Shown here: one piece after another, positions 7,843 through 16,138 of the stretch | Layout: each line of letters opens with the position of its first letter | How positions within the stretch are numbered: position 1 is the first letter of the stretch | Origin: Candidatus Lokiarchaeum ossiferum | GTDB taxonomy: Archaea; Asgardarchaeota; Lokiarchaeia; Sigyniarchaeales; Promethearchaeaceae | Length of the DNA stretch: 32,000 nucleotides | Direction of reading: 5' to 3' | Assembly: GCA_025839675.1 (NCBI GenBank) | Contig: CP104013.1 | Coordinates: 300,001 to 332,000 of the forward strand | Made by a program: the position numbers and the translations under genes | The notes under the pieces: generated by a model | Seen by the model: the letters and a program-made list of their open reading frames with translations, nothing else | Told to the model about the DNA's origin: nothing | Database searches by the model: none

Positions 7843-9093
7843 ATGGAGTCTATTACAGATTGGTATGATCTTCTAATTGTAGGAGCTGGAACTGCCGGTC
7901 TTACCACAGCTATCATTGCAGCTCGTCAAAATCTACGGGTTTTGGTTTTAGAGAAAGGCTCAAAAGTTGGACCTCTCCCTCGTGGTGAAAGTATGGCCTA
8001 TTTTCCGCTGGAAGATGAGATATTAGGGAAAGGGTTCATTGAAAGCATAATGACTGTTGGCCCTTCGTTTCGCCGATATCATAGCCCGATGGATAAAAAA
8101 CAAACGTTAGTAGATGTACACACCCCCTATCGATTTTTTCCATGGCATCCTTTTATAGAACGATTTGAGCAACGGGCTATAGCAGCCGGAGCATCAATCC
8201 TAACTGGGGTGGAAGTTCTCGCTCCAATCATATCCCCATCAGGAATATGTATTGGGGTTCAATGCAAAAATGCTCAAGAAGAAAGTCACGAATATTTTGC
8301 TTTATCCACTATTGGGGCAGATGGTCATTCTTCTGTAATGGGGCAATCTTTTGGAGTTGATTACTCAACAATAAATTGTCCGATTGTTAAATTTCTTGGT
8401 GATAATGCTCAAGTTGATATTTCTAAAACTCCAAATCCTCAATTCTTCATGCTTTCCCCAGGACAATTGGAAATTGCACCGCACTTTCCTCCAGCGGCTG
8501 CCTACTATTTTCCGATTGGAGGCAATAAAATTGAAGCTGGCCTGATGTTACGCATGGGTCAATTATGCAAAATGAAGAACATTAAACAACCTTCCAATGA
8601 AGAAATTATGAAGGTATGGGGTTTTTTAAAAGCCCAATATCCTGGATTTTCTTCAGTTTTTACAGATATTAAAGTTGAATATGAAGGTCTCACTCAGATG
8701 CCGAACGCACGTATGGTGGAACATTTTATTCTCGGTAAGGGTGGAGCTGTTTTAGTGGGAGATAGTGCAGGTTTTGTAGATGCCAATGGATCTTCCGGCC
8801 TATATTATGGAATGAAAATGGCCGCTGAATGGGTAGGCATCTTATCAGTCCCTATTAATCAAGTCCAAGAAACAGACACAAATTTCTCACAGAAAATCAA
8901 TGATATTTGGAAGAATGCAAACAGAGAAGAATATGAAAAAAATTTTCGAAAGACAGATGTTTGCAAACATATAAAAACATCTTATAAATTGATTGGTTTG
9001 TCAGAAACGTTAATCTTCCGCTGGATTAAAACTGCAAAAGGTCTCAATAATATCTGGGGGCTTTTTTCGTTTATGATTAAGTCGGCAAGTTGA
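7843..9093 (+). CDS. FAD-dependent oxidoreductase, geranylgeranyl-reductase family
   Basis: MESITDWYDLLIVGAGTAGLTTAIIAARQNLRVLVLEKG is a GxGxxG Rossmann motif followed by an acidic residue. GADGHSSVMG and LVGDSAGFVDANGSSGLYYGM match the GGR/FixC-type signature. The ORF opens at 7816, but the ATG at 7843 gives the canonical N-terminus. Confidence 0.8.
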   Translation: MESITDWYDLLIVGAGTAGLTTAIIAARQNLRVLVLEKGSKVGPLPRGESMAYFPLEDEILGKGFIESIMTVGPSFRRYHSPMDKKQTLVDVHTPYRFFPWHPFIERFEQRAIAAGASILTGVEVLAPIISPSGICIGVQCKNAQEESHEYFALSTIGADGHSSVMGQSFGVDYSTINCPIVKFLGDNAQVDISKTPNPQFFMLSPGQLEIAPHFPPAAAYYFPIGGNKIEAGLMLRMGQLCKMKNIKQPSNEEIMKVWGFLKAQYPGFSSVFTDIKVEYEGLTQMPNARMVEHFILGKGGAVLVGDSAGFVDANGSSGLYYGMKMAAEWVGILSVPINQVQETDTNFSQKINDIWKNANREEYEKNFRKTDVCKHIKTSYKLIGLSETLIFRWIKTAKGLNNIWGLFSFMIKSAS

Positions 9094-9112
9094 TTATCCA
9101 CTTCATTTTAAA

Positions 9113-9122
9113 TTTTTTTTTT
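9113..9122 (+). terminator. Oligo-T tract downstream of the reductase gene
   Basis: A T10 run starts 20 nt after the TGA stop at 9091..9093. Oligo-T tracts act as archaeal termination signals, but the context is A/T-rich, so specificity is low. Confidence 0.3.
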
Positions 9123-9210
9123 GATTACAACTATCTTGTTAATCAAATAATCCATGTGAAATTTTTAGCAGATTTCTAAAACTAAAAGTGTAAAAAAAAA
9201 AGTATTACCT

Positions 9211-10065
9211 TCAATCTTCTTTGGTCATAAGAGTTTGATTCGTTTTATCTCGAATAAATAATAAACATGCAATCAAACCTCCAAGGATACTGATCCCCAC
9301 ATAAATCCAATAAAGAGGTTGAGCTGAAGCGGGTTGATCGTCATAAAACATATAGAATATCACAAAGGCCGCATTGAAGTTCCCATGCAACAGAATCATG
9401 ATTAAGATGTTTCCCTTTGCTTTTTGATAAATGTAGGAGTATATCAGCGAAGTGAACATTGTCATTAAGATAAATCCCAGATATGGTGTAATGTTGTGCG
9501 AATCCCAAAGCATGAACCAGAGAGGTGTGTGCCAAATTCCCCAGATTGCACCAATAATAAGGCTAGTTGTGATAGGAGAATATTTTTTTAACAGTTGGCC
9601 TTGTAAATACCCACGCCACCCGATTTCTTCTTGACCTCCCCCTAAAACTGAAACGAAGACTATATAGGGAATATACAACAAATATGGAATAAACCAAGGA
9701 TCACTCGGTAATGGGCTCGGAGGGAGGGATAATCCGAAAATCCATCCAATTAAATGAGATAAACCATTGATCAGGAGAGGTAAAATGAAGATAATACTTA
9801 AAAATAACCCCCATCGGTTAATTCCCTTTCTTGAAAAACATTTTTTTAGATGTTCTTTAAATGATTTGTTTTCACTCCGTAAAGCCATAAATGATCCAAA
9901 AGCCGGAGCAAAAGCTCCGATAATAAGAGCAATGAAATAAATTGCATTTGACAATTCTTCAGAACCTAATGAAATAATCCCGAAATATTCTAACACGGAA
10001 GGAATCCACAAAATCCATGAAAATAGAAATGTAGAAGCTAAATAAGTGAGTATGTTTCGACTCAT
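9211..10065 (-). CDS. CPBP-family (CAAX/Abi) intramembrane glutamic metalloprotease
   Basis: 284 aa, polytopic. Motifs are GGGQEEIGWRGYLQ (EExxxR), WGIWHTP (FxxxH-like) and LLHGNFN (the third His motif). Confidence 0.85.
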   Translation of the reverse strand: MSRNILTYLASTFLFSWILWIPSVLEYFGIISLGSEELSNAIYFIALIIGAFAPAFGSFMALRSENKSFKEHLKKCFSRKGINRWGLFLSIIFILPLLINGLSHLIGWIFGLSLPPSPLPSDPWFIPYLLYIPYIVFVSVLGGGQEEIGWRGYLQGQLLKKYSPITTSLIIGAIWGIWHTPLWFMLWDSHNITPYLGFILMTMFTSLIYSYIYQKAKGNILIMILLHGNFNAAFVIFYMFYDDQPASAQPLYWIYVGISILGGLIACLLFIRDKTNQTLMTKED

Positions 10066-10276
10066 GTTTTGATAAGTGAACTCACCTATATAAATGATCT
10101 ATAAACCAATAATTTCAGACAAATTTGATACTTTTTTCGCCTGTTTGAAATAAATGTGTCAAATAGGCCAGAGTTTTTTTTTCCATCATTGATCTTGTTT
10201 AGTTTTATTTTCCTTCTAATTATTTCTTTTTTGATTTTTCCCCAGATTTTTAAGTTTATTTCGATTAATTATTCCC

Positions 10277-11236
10277 ATGGAAAAGTTTTCGGTAATTGAT
10301 GGCCATATTGACACTGTCATGCGTATTTTACAAGATGGTCGTAAATTTTATGAAAGATCAAAAGAAGGACACTGTGATCTCCCTCGTATGCAAGAAGGCC
10401 ATGTTCAAGCGGCCTTATTTGCCATATTTCCAGCCATGACCAAAAGAAACATCCTTGATGGCTTAGATCAATGGTTCAAAGTGGCTTCAGACCCTCGAAA
10501 TCGTATTCATCAAGTTAAAACTATTGATGATTTTTCGATTGCACAACAAGAAAATAAAATCGGAGCGGTCTTACATTTTGAAGGAGCAGGAGGAATTGAT
10601 AAGAAATTCCAATTGATGCGGTTAGGATATCAATTAGGATTACGCACGATGGGGCTCAGCTGGTCTAATGTCAATCGATATGCTACCGGATCTATGTTTA
10701 AAGGTGATCAAGTTGAAACTGGTTTAACAGATAAAGGAATTCTCTTGATGGAAGAAGCTCAAAAACTCGGTATTACCATCGATGTTTCGCATTTAAATGA
10801 TCTTAGCTTTTGGGATGTCGTGAAGAATACTTCAAAACCATTTATAGCTTCACATTCCAATGCTCGTTCGGTTTGCAATCATCTGCGCAATCTTACGGAT
10901 GATCAAATTAAAGCGGTGCATGAAAAAAAAGGAACCATCGGGATCAATTATTCTAAAGGCTTTTTGTTAGAAAATGCTTTTGAAAAGCCCGAGATCGAAG
11001 TGGGACTTGATATATTCAAGAAACACATTGATCATATAGTTAATTTAACCGATATAAACACTATCGCTTTAGGTTCGGATTATGATGGAACCACGGTTCC
11101 CGATTGTTTGAAAGATTCTTCTAGTTTCCCAATTCTCTTCAATTATTTGTTGGAAAATGGGTATAGCAATCAAGATATTAAGAAATTAGCTAGCGAAAAC
11201 TTACTCCGGGTCTTTAAAGACACATGGAAAAACTAA
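10277..11236 (+). CDS. Membrane (renal-type) dipeptidase, peptidase family M19
   Basis: 319 aa with IDGHIDT (HxD zinc ligands), HFEGAGG, LSWSNVNRYATG, IDVSHL, ASHSNAR and LGSDYDG, all in the canonical M19 order. Confidence 0.9.
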   Translation: MEKFSVIDGHIDTVMRILQDGRKFYERSKEGHCDLPRMQEGHVQAALFAIFPAMTKRNILDGLDQWFKVASDPRNRIHQVKTIDDFSIAQQENKIGAVLHFEGAGGIDKKFQLMRLGYQLGLRTMGLSWSNVNRYATGSMFKGDQVETGLTDKGILLMEEAQKLGITIDVSHLNDLSFWDVVKNTSKPFIASHSNARSVCNHLRNLTDDQIKAVHEKKGTIGINYSKGFLLENAFEKPEIEVGLDIFKKHIDHIVNLTDINTIALGSDYDGTTVPDCLKDSSSFPILFNYLLENGYSNQDIKKLASENLLRVFKDTWKN

Positions 11237-11450
11237 TTGTTACCGCTTCTTGGCTAATTTTTATTTTTTTTCTTGTTATAGCTACGTTGGATGCAAAGCA
11301 TTTTAAACTTTTTTTCAAAAATTGTTGTGTTTTTAAACAAAATACTTGATATACCTCATTTTGTCTATACTTAATTTCGAGGTTAATTAAAATTTCATCA
11401 ATATAATAGTAGATTAGTTCAAAATTAGTGATGTTCTTAATAAGAAGCGG

Positions 11451-12029
11451 TTATTCTTGACTTTTAAGATACTTATAATTTTTTTTTAAAAATTGTAGAT
11501 TTTTGATTGTAGAGATCCGTCGATGGGTGATAATCTTCAATAACTCCGAAAACAACCGATTTTTAATTTGAGACATCAGAAAATCTTCCCGTGTATGATA
11601 AAATAATAAAAACCCATCCAAAATTTCTTCAAAAGAAATTTCAAAACCGAAAGTTTTCATCAGATTAATCGCAAAGTTAAAATCTCTTCGTAAGTATGCT
11701 TTTTTGTTCGTAGTGTAGTTCAATATTAGAAACAAGTCATCTTCACTTGCATTCGAACTAAACAAATTAGAATCAGGGAGATCTACACTTCCTTCTTCGA
11801 TTTTATCCCATAAATTTGTTAAAAACACATTTCCCCAAAATTTTTTCTCATCTTGCAAATTGTACTCTATACGCACGTGTGGATCTTTTCCATTTCGCAA
11901 GAGATTTACTCGGCATACTTTCCTTTTATACCATTTCACAATTTCTCCTAGCACAAAATTAGTATTTTCCCTTGATTTATCTACCGATTTAACAATTCGT
12001 ACTTCAATAAAAGGAGCAAAATGCGACAT
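11451..12029 (-). CDS. Hypothetical protein
   Basis: The ORF is 11451..12041 with a GTG start; the ATG at 12029 gives MSHFAPFIEVRIV.... It is soluble and I recognise no motif. Called only on ORF length and the lack of a competing frame. Confidence 0.45.
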   Translation of the reverse strand: MSHFAPFIEVRIVKSVDKSRENTNFVLGEIVKWYKRKVCRVNLLRNGKDPHVRIEYNLQDEKKFWGNVFLTNLWDKIEEGSVDLPDSNLFSSNASEDDLFLILNYTTNKKAYLRRDFNFAINLMKTFGFEISFEEILDGFLLFYHTREDFLMSQIKNRLFSELLKIITHRRISTIKNLQFLKKNYKYLKSQE

Positions 12030-12222
12030 TTTTGTTATCACTACTTTCTCCGTTTTAAAATTAAATTTATCGAAATTTGTTTAGTTTTTTTTTGATTCTT
12101 TTGATTTAATGAGAAAACATGATAAGTTGAATAATTTTCTTTGTTCATTTTTTTTAGCTGCAGTCTCATAATTCATGTTTTTTACTTAAATTGAATCGAT
12201 GTATACTATTCTTGATTAAAAA

Positions 12223-13350
12223 ATGACCAAAAACCTAAGATTTTGTACATTTTTTATAGTAAGTTTTGTTGTCTCTGTTTGCTTCTTTTCTAAAGCTCAT
12301 TTAGCTACCAGTACTACCCTAACTGAAGATCCTTATGAGATTGTTAAAATTGGTAGTCTTGAAGATTCTCCAGGAATAGATATTCAAGTAGTTGACAATG
12401 TTGCATTTGTAATGTCTTTCACAGATGGTTTTTCAACTTACGATATAAGCAACCCTGCTAAACCAAAAAAACTAGATTCATATGCCCCAACTAACACTAT
12501 AAATCCAATCGTGCATGGTGCTCACGCATTGGACATCAAAGATGACTATGCATTTATTGCCTTTTACCATAGTGGGGTCCAAATTCTTGATATTTCTAAT
12601 CCGTCAAAAATTGCATTGATTGGAGAGTTTAAGGGTGGTCCTGAATACTATTATTCATCCGTTTATGGAGATTTAATGCACTGCATTAAACATAAGAGAG
12701 GATTTGAGGTTATTAACTGCTCTGATCCCACTGATCCGAATATTTTAGGAAGTTATTCTGTAGGAAATTATTATATTTATAATTATGCCTATAAAGATCT
12801 GGCCTTTTTGCAAGATTCTACACAGGGAAAAGCCATAGTTCTCAATATTTCAGATTTCTCTAATATTCTCCCAATAACATCTTTTCCCTTTAAAATGAAT
12901 CAAATGCAAATTGTACATGATCTTGCCTATTTTGCTTTAGATTCAGGAGAATTGAAAATTTATAATATATCTGATATTTTACATCCGGAGCTAATAACTA
13001 ATTATTCTTTAGGTGGAAGTATTAACGATTTAGAAGTAATAGACGATTTGGCATTTCTCTCCCATAGTACAGGGTTGAAGATCCTAAACATCAGTAACGT
13101 TTTATCCCCATTTGAAGTAAATAAGTATGTAAATGCTAAATCTGGAGGAGGATTAGCAGTTTCCAAAAATAAAACCTATATAATTTTTGACGATCGAGAT
13201 GTGGAAATCTATCAATGGCGAGAGGCGACGGATGATGAAGTTCTTTTGGCTAAAAATATTCCAAGTTATTCAGTTGGTTGGATTCTTGGATGGTCAAGTT
13301 TCGTTCTTATTGTATTAATGCCATGGAAAAAAAGAAAAATGTTTTTTTGA
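12223..13350 (+). CDS. Secreted LVIVD-repeat (beta-propeller) protein with a C-terminal TM anchor
   Basis: N-terminal signal-like segment FCTFFIVSFVVSVCFFSKA. LVIVD-type units recur: AFVMSFTDGFSTYDISNPAKPKKL, AFIAFYHSGVQILDISNPSKIALIG, GFEVINCSDPTDPNILG, LKIYNISDILHPELI, AFLSHSTGLKILNISNVLSPFEV. C-terminus is NIPSYSVGWILGWSSFVLIVLMPWKKRKMFF. Confidence 0.85.
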   Translation: MTKNLRFCTFFIVSFVVSVCFFSKAHLATSTTLTEDPYEIVKIGSLEDSPGIDIQVVDNVAFVMSFTDGFSTYDISNPAKPKKLDSYAPTNTINPIVHGAHALDIKDDYAFIAFYHSGVQILDISNPSKIALIGEFKGGPEYYYSSVYGDLMHCIKHKRGFEVINCSDPTDPNILGSYSVGNYYIYNYAYKDLAFLQDSTQGKAIVLNISDFSNILPITSFPFKMNQMQIVHDLAYFALDSGELKIYNISDILHPELITNYSLGGSINDLEVIDDLAFLSHSTGLKILNISNVLSPFEVNKYVNAKSGGGLAVSKNKTYIIFDDRDVEIYQWREATDDEVLLAKNIPSYSVGWILGWSSFVLIVLMPWKKRKMFF

Positions 13351-13359
13351 GGGCTGTTA

Positions 13360-13372
13360 TTTTTTTTTTTTT
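13360..13372 (+). terminator. Oligo-T tract (T13) just downstream of the LVIVD gene
   Basis: Thirteen consecutive T begin 10 nt after the TGA stop (13348..13350). It is the longest T run near any 3' end in the window. Confidence 0.4.
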
Positions 13373-13508
13373 CCAAAACTAAATTGATCTTCCTCGTATA
13401 CCGCATAATTTCTTTTAGTATGTGATCTTGTCTTGTGGATAATATTTGTTTCGGGTTAAAGCCAAAAATTACAGATAAATTTTAATTTTAGTTTAGTTTG
13501 AAAAACGT

Positions 13509-13991
13509 ATGATTCGAGCAATAAATTCTAACGATGAATTGAAATTACTCGTCCCAATCATTCAAAAAGCCAATTTAACCGTCGCTAGCGAGTTCAACCT
13601 AACCATACAAAACGCCCCTACAAATCCAGCCTTCATCACTGAATTTTATTTTTTTGAAGGTATGGAACAAAAAAAACACCAATATTTTGGATATTTCGTA
13701 GACCAAAAAATAGTTGGATGTCTCGCAATTCGATTAATATCGGAAAAATCTTATGGCATTGATAGATTAGCAGTTTTACCGGAATTTAGACATCAGGGTT
13801 TTGGAGAAATGTTAATTCAACATGTGGAAAATCACATTAAATCACTCGGGGGAAAGAAGATTTTGATTGGAATCATATTTGAAAATAAATTACTCTTAAA
13901 TTGGTATCTGAAGCTTAGATTCATCCTAACTGGTACTAAGAAATTTGATCATCTCCCATTTACTGTAGGTTTCATGGAAAAAAATATTTAG
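13509..13991 (+). CDS. GNAT-family N-acetyltransferase
   Basis: 160 aa with acetyl-CoA motif A, RLAVLPEFRHQGFGEMLIQHVE (R/Q-x-x-G-x-G/A). Confidence 0.85.
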   Translation: MIRAINSNDELKLLVPIIQKANLTVASEFNLTIQNAPTNPAFITEFYFFEGMEQKKHQYFGYFVDQKIVGCLAIRLISEKSYGIDRLAVLPEFRHQGFGEMLIQHVENHIKSLGGKKILIGIIFENKLLLNWYLKLRFILTGTKKFDHLPFTVGFMEKNI

Positions 13992-14175
13992 AAAAACGTT
14001 GTTTTAATTCAAATTGGAAAATGTTTTGAAAATTTTTTCTCACCCACATCCTATTTCTCTGCTTTTTTTCTCAAAAATCATACTGGAAACAATAAGTTTT
14101 ATTACCATGATGCTTTTTAAAAAATAGGTAGAAAGTTTAATCGGATTTCAATTCGGTTTTAATTTTTATCAATCT

Positions 14176-14193
14176 GTTTGGAGAAATCCGAGC
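14176..14193 (+). promoter_or_regulatory. Predicted 5'-leader hairpin with a GNRA tetraloop upstream of csp copy 1
   Basis: GUUUGGA-GAAA-UCCGAGC forms a 7-bp stem (with G.U pairs) around a GAAA loop, 24 nt upstream of the ATG. A GTGAT Shine-Dalgarno-like element sits at -12..-8. Confidence 0.4.
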
Positions 14194-14216
14194 ATCTATT
14201 AAATAAGTGATTTATA

Positions 14217-14471
14217 ATGGCAACAGGTTCTGTAAAATGGTTCAATGGCCGTAAAGGCTTTGGTTTTATTACTCCTGACGAAGGAGAAAAAGATGTTTTT
14301 GTCCACTATTCTGCAATTCAAGTGGAAGGCGATGCATTCGCCAGTTTGAACGAAAATGATAAAGTTACATTCGACGCCGTGCAAGGTGAAAAGGGAATGG
14401 AAGCTCGCAACGTAGTTGTGACCGAAAAAGCCCCATACCAACCACGCGAACGACGTGACAATCGCTATTAA
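14217..14471 (+). CDS. csp: Cold-shock domain protein (CspA family), copy 1
   Basis: 84 aa. [35 protein letters not shown] carries RNP1 (KGFGFI) and RNP2 (VFVHY). A C-terminal tail, [15 protein letters not shown], follows the CSD. Confidence 0.95.
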   Translation: MATGSVKWFNGRKGFGFITPDEGEKDVFVHYSAIQVEGDAFASLNENDKVTFDAVQGEKGMEARNVVVTEKAPYQPRERRDNRY

Positions 14472-14709
14472 GTTAAACATTTTCGTTTAATTTTAATATA
14501 TTTTTTATTTTTCTGAAATTTTACTTCTTCTTAATTATTTAATTTATCATAATTTCATGTTGTTACATTTTTTCATTTTCTTTGAATTGATGATCTTTTC
14601 TTACTTGAAACCGTGTTTTAAAAGGATAAGTTTTTGTATAATGCTGCTTTTATATTCTTGAGTAAAAGAATAAATCGGGTTCAGATTCGATTTTGAGGTT
14701 TGCTTAATT

Positions 14710-14727
14710 GTTTGGAGAAATCCAAGC
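14710..14727 (+). promoter_or_regulatory. Predicted 5'-leader hairpin with a GNRA tetraloop upstream of csp copy 2
   Basis: GUUUGGA-GAAA-UCCAAGC. It has the same position and loop as copy 1. The single leader difference (A here, G in copy 1) changes a U-A pair to U.G, so pairing is kept. Confidence 0.4.
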
Positions 14728-14750
14728 ATCTATTAAATAAGTGATTTATA

Positions 14751-15005
14751 ATGGCAACAGGTTCTGTAAAATGGTTCAATGGCCGTAAAGGCTTTGGTTT
14801 TATTACTCCTGACGAAGGAGAAAAAGATGTTTTTGTCCACTATTCTGCAATTCAAGTGGAAGGCGATGCATTCGCCAGTTTGAACGAAAATGATAAAGTT
14901 ACATTCGACGCCGTGCAAGGTGAAAAGGGAATGGAAGCTCGCAACGTAGTTGTGACCGAAAAAGCCCCATACCAACCACGCGAACGACGTGACAATCGTT
15001 ATTAA
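14751..15005 (+). CDS. csp: Cold-shock domain protein (CspA family), copy 2
   Basis: The protein is identical to copy 1. The only nucleotide difference is CGC/CGT at Arg83 (14465 versus 14999). Confidence 0.95.
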   Translation: MATGSVKWFNGRKGFGFITPDEGEKDVFVHYSAIQVEGDAFASLNENDKVTFDAVQGEKGMEARNVVVTEKAPYQPRERRDNRY

Positions 15006-15172
15006 GTTAAACATTTTCGTTTAATTTTAATATTTTTTAGATTTTTTAAACTCATTTTAAAACAAAGATTTCGATACTCCATTAAATCAAGGCAATTGAG
15101 AGAGTATTAAGGGATGAATTGATTTATTTCGAAAAAAAGAATATTATTTAATCTTCAGATTTATTCATAATT

Positions 15173-15940
15173 ATGGATAAACAACGCTATTTCTTCGAAA
15201 GGATCATCCTCTACACCTATTTCTTTTTAGGAATTGTAATAACTTTAACCATCTTGAATTCAATGTTCCATTATCCCTTGCCATATAAATTTTGGTTTGA
15301 GCCGATCAGTCGACTAGGAGGAATTCATGCCTATGCGAATGCTCCAAACCAAACTGCTGGAGCGATTTTTGCATCAGGCATGCAATATTGCACATTCATC
15401 TGTGTCTTTCTCTCATTTGCTTATATATATTGGGAAAAGGTAATTTCACCCATTGATTATCAAAAAGACTTTAAATATCATCCGAATCGATGTATGATCA
15501 TCTTAACAAGCACTATGGGTTTAGGGGCTTTTCTCTTAGGGATTCCGTATGATCACACCAAATTAAAGCTTTTACATGCACTTGGAGCTCTAATATTCAT
15601 TGGTAGTTTTTCGATATTAAACATAATTGCTCAATTACATAAAAGAATTCGAAAAAAGGGTAATTCAAATGAAATTTCTTCAGGAATCACTTTGTTTGAA
15701 GCGATTTTAATCGTTTTAATTTTTATTATGATGATCGTTTATTTAATTGCATTTATGCTATTTCTAATGTCAAAGACACCAAGCATTCCATTGCAGTATT
15801 TTAATGCTACGTCTCAAAAAATCATTCTTATTTTATGTTTAGTGGCCATATTTAATCTAGATCCGGATGATGTCTTATTAGAAAGTTTTTGGACAATGGA
15901 TCACTTAAGAGATGCATTTAAACTCAGAAAACGTGACTAA
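15173..15940 (+). CDS. Polytopic membrane protein of unknown function
   Basis: 255 aa with an ATG start and about 6-7 hydrophobic helices. It contains EPISRLGG after TM1. No family assigned with confidence. Confidence 0.6.
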   Translation: MDKQRYFFERIILYTYFFLGIVITLTILNSMFHYPLPYKFWFEPISRLGGIHAYANAPNQTAGAIFASGMQYCTFICVFLSFAYIYWEKVISPIDYQKDFKYHPNRCMIILTSTMGLGAFLLGIPYDHTKLKLLHALGALIFIGSFSILNIIAQLHKRIRKKGNSNEISSGITLFEAILIVLIFIMMIVYLIAFMLFLMSKTPSIPLQYFNATSQKIILILCLVAIFNLDPDDVLLESFWTMDHLRDAFKLRKRD

Positions 15941-16138
15941 AATATGCAATTGAATCTAACTGACTTAATAATTTGACATTTTTTTTTAACAATCTCCTTT
16001 AGAATATAATATTAGATCGCATCACTATCGAAATAATTTAGGTACAATTTAATATAATATTCTAATCAATTGATTGAGCGGGACAATTTTGAGGTGGAGA
16101 AGGATTAGGAAAGGTAATTAAATGAGAATAAATGATTG

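Larger units (their letters stand above)
14085..15035 (+). repeat. Tandem duplication (period 534 bp) of a cold-shock gene unit
   Basis: The CDSs are offset by exactly 534 nt. From ~45 nt upstream of the ATG to ~28 nt past the stop the copies are near-identical: one substitution in the leader and one synonymous change in the CDS. The distal upstream ~90 nt aligns only loosely and needs indels. Confidence 0.9.

Noticed and set aside
14199-14480. 93-aa minus-strand ORF overlapping csp copy 1, and its twin at 14733..15014 over copy 2
   Set aside because: Both lie exactly antisense to ORFs with unmistakable cold-shock-domain motifs (KGFGFI, VFVHY). They are shadow frames and recur only because the csp unit is duplicated.
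14085-15035. The regularly spaced repeat as a possible CRISPR array or mobile element
   Set aside because: There are only two copies with a 534-bp period, each encoding a complete cold-shock gene. There are no short repeat/spacer units and no terminal inverted repeats.
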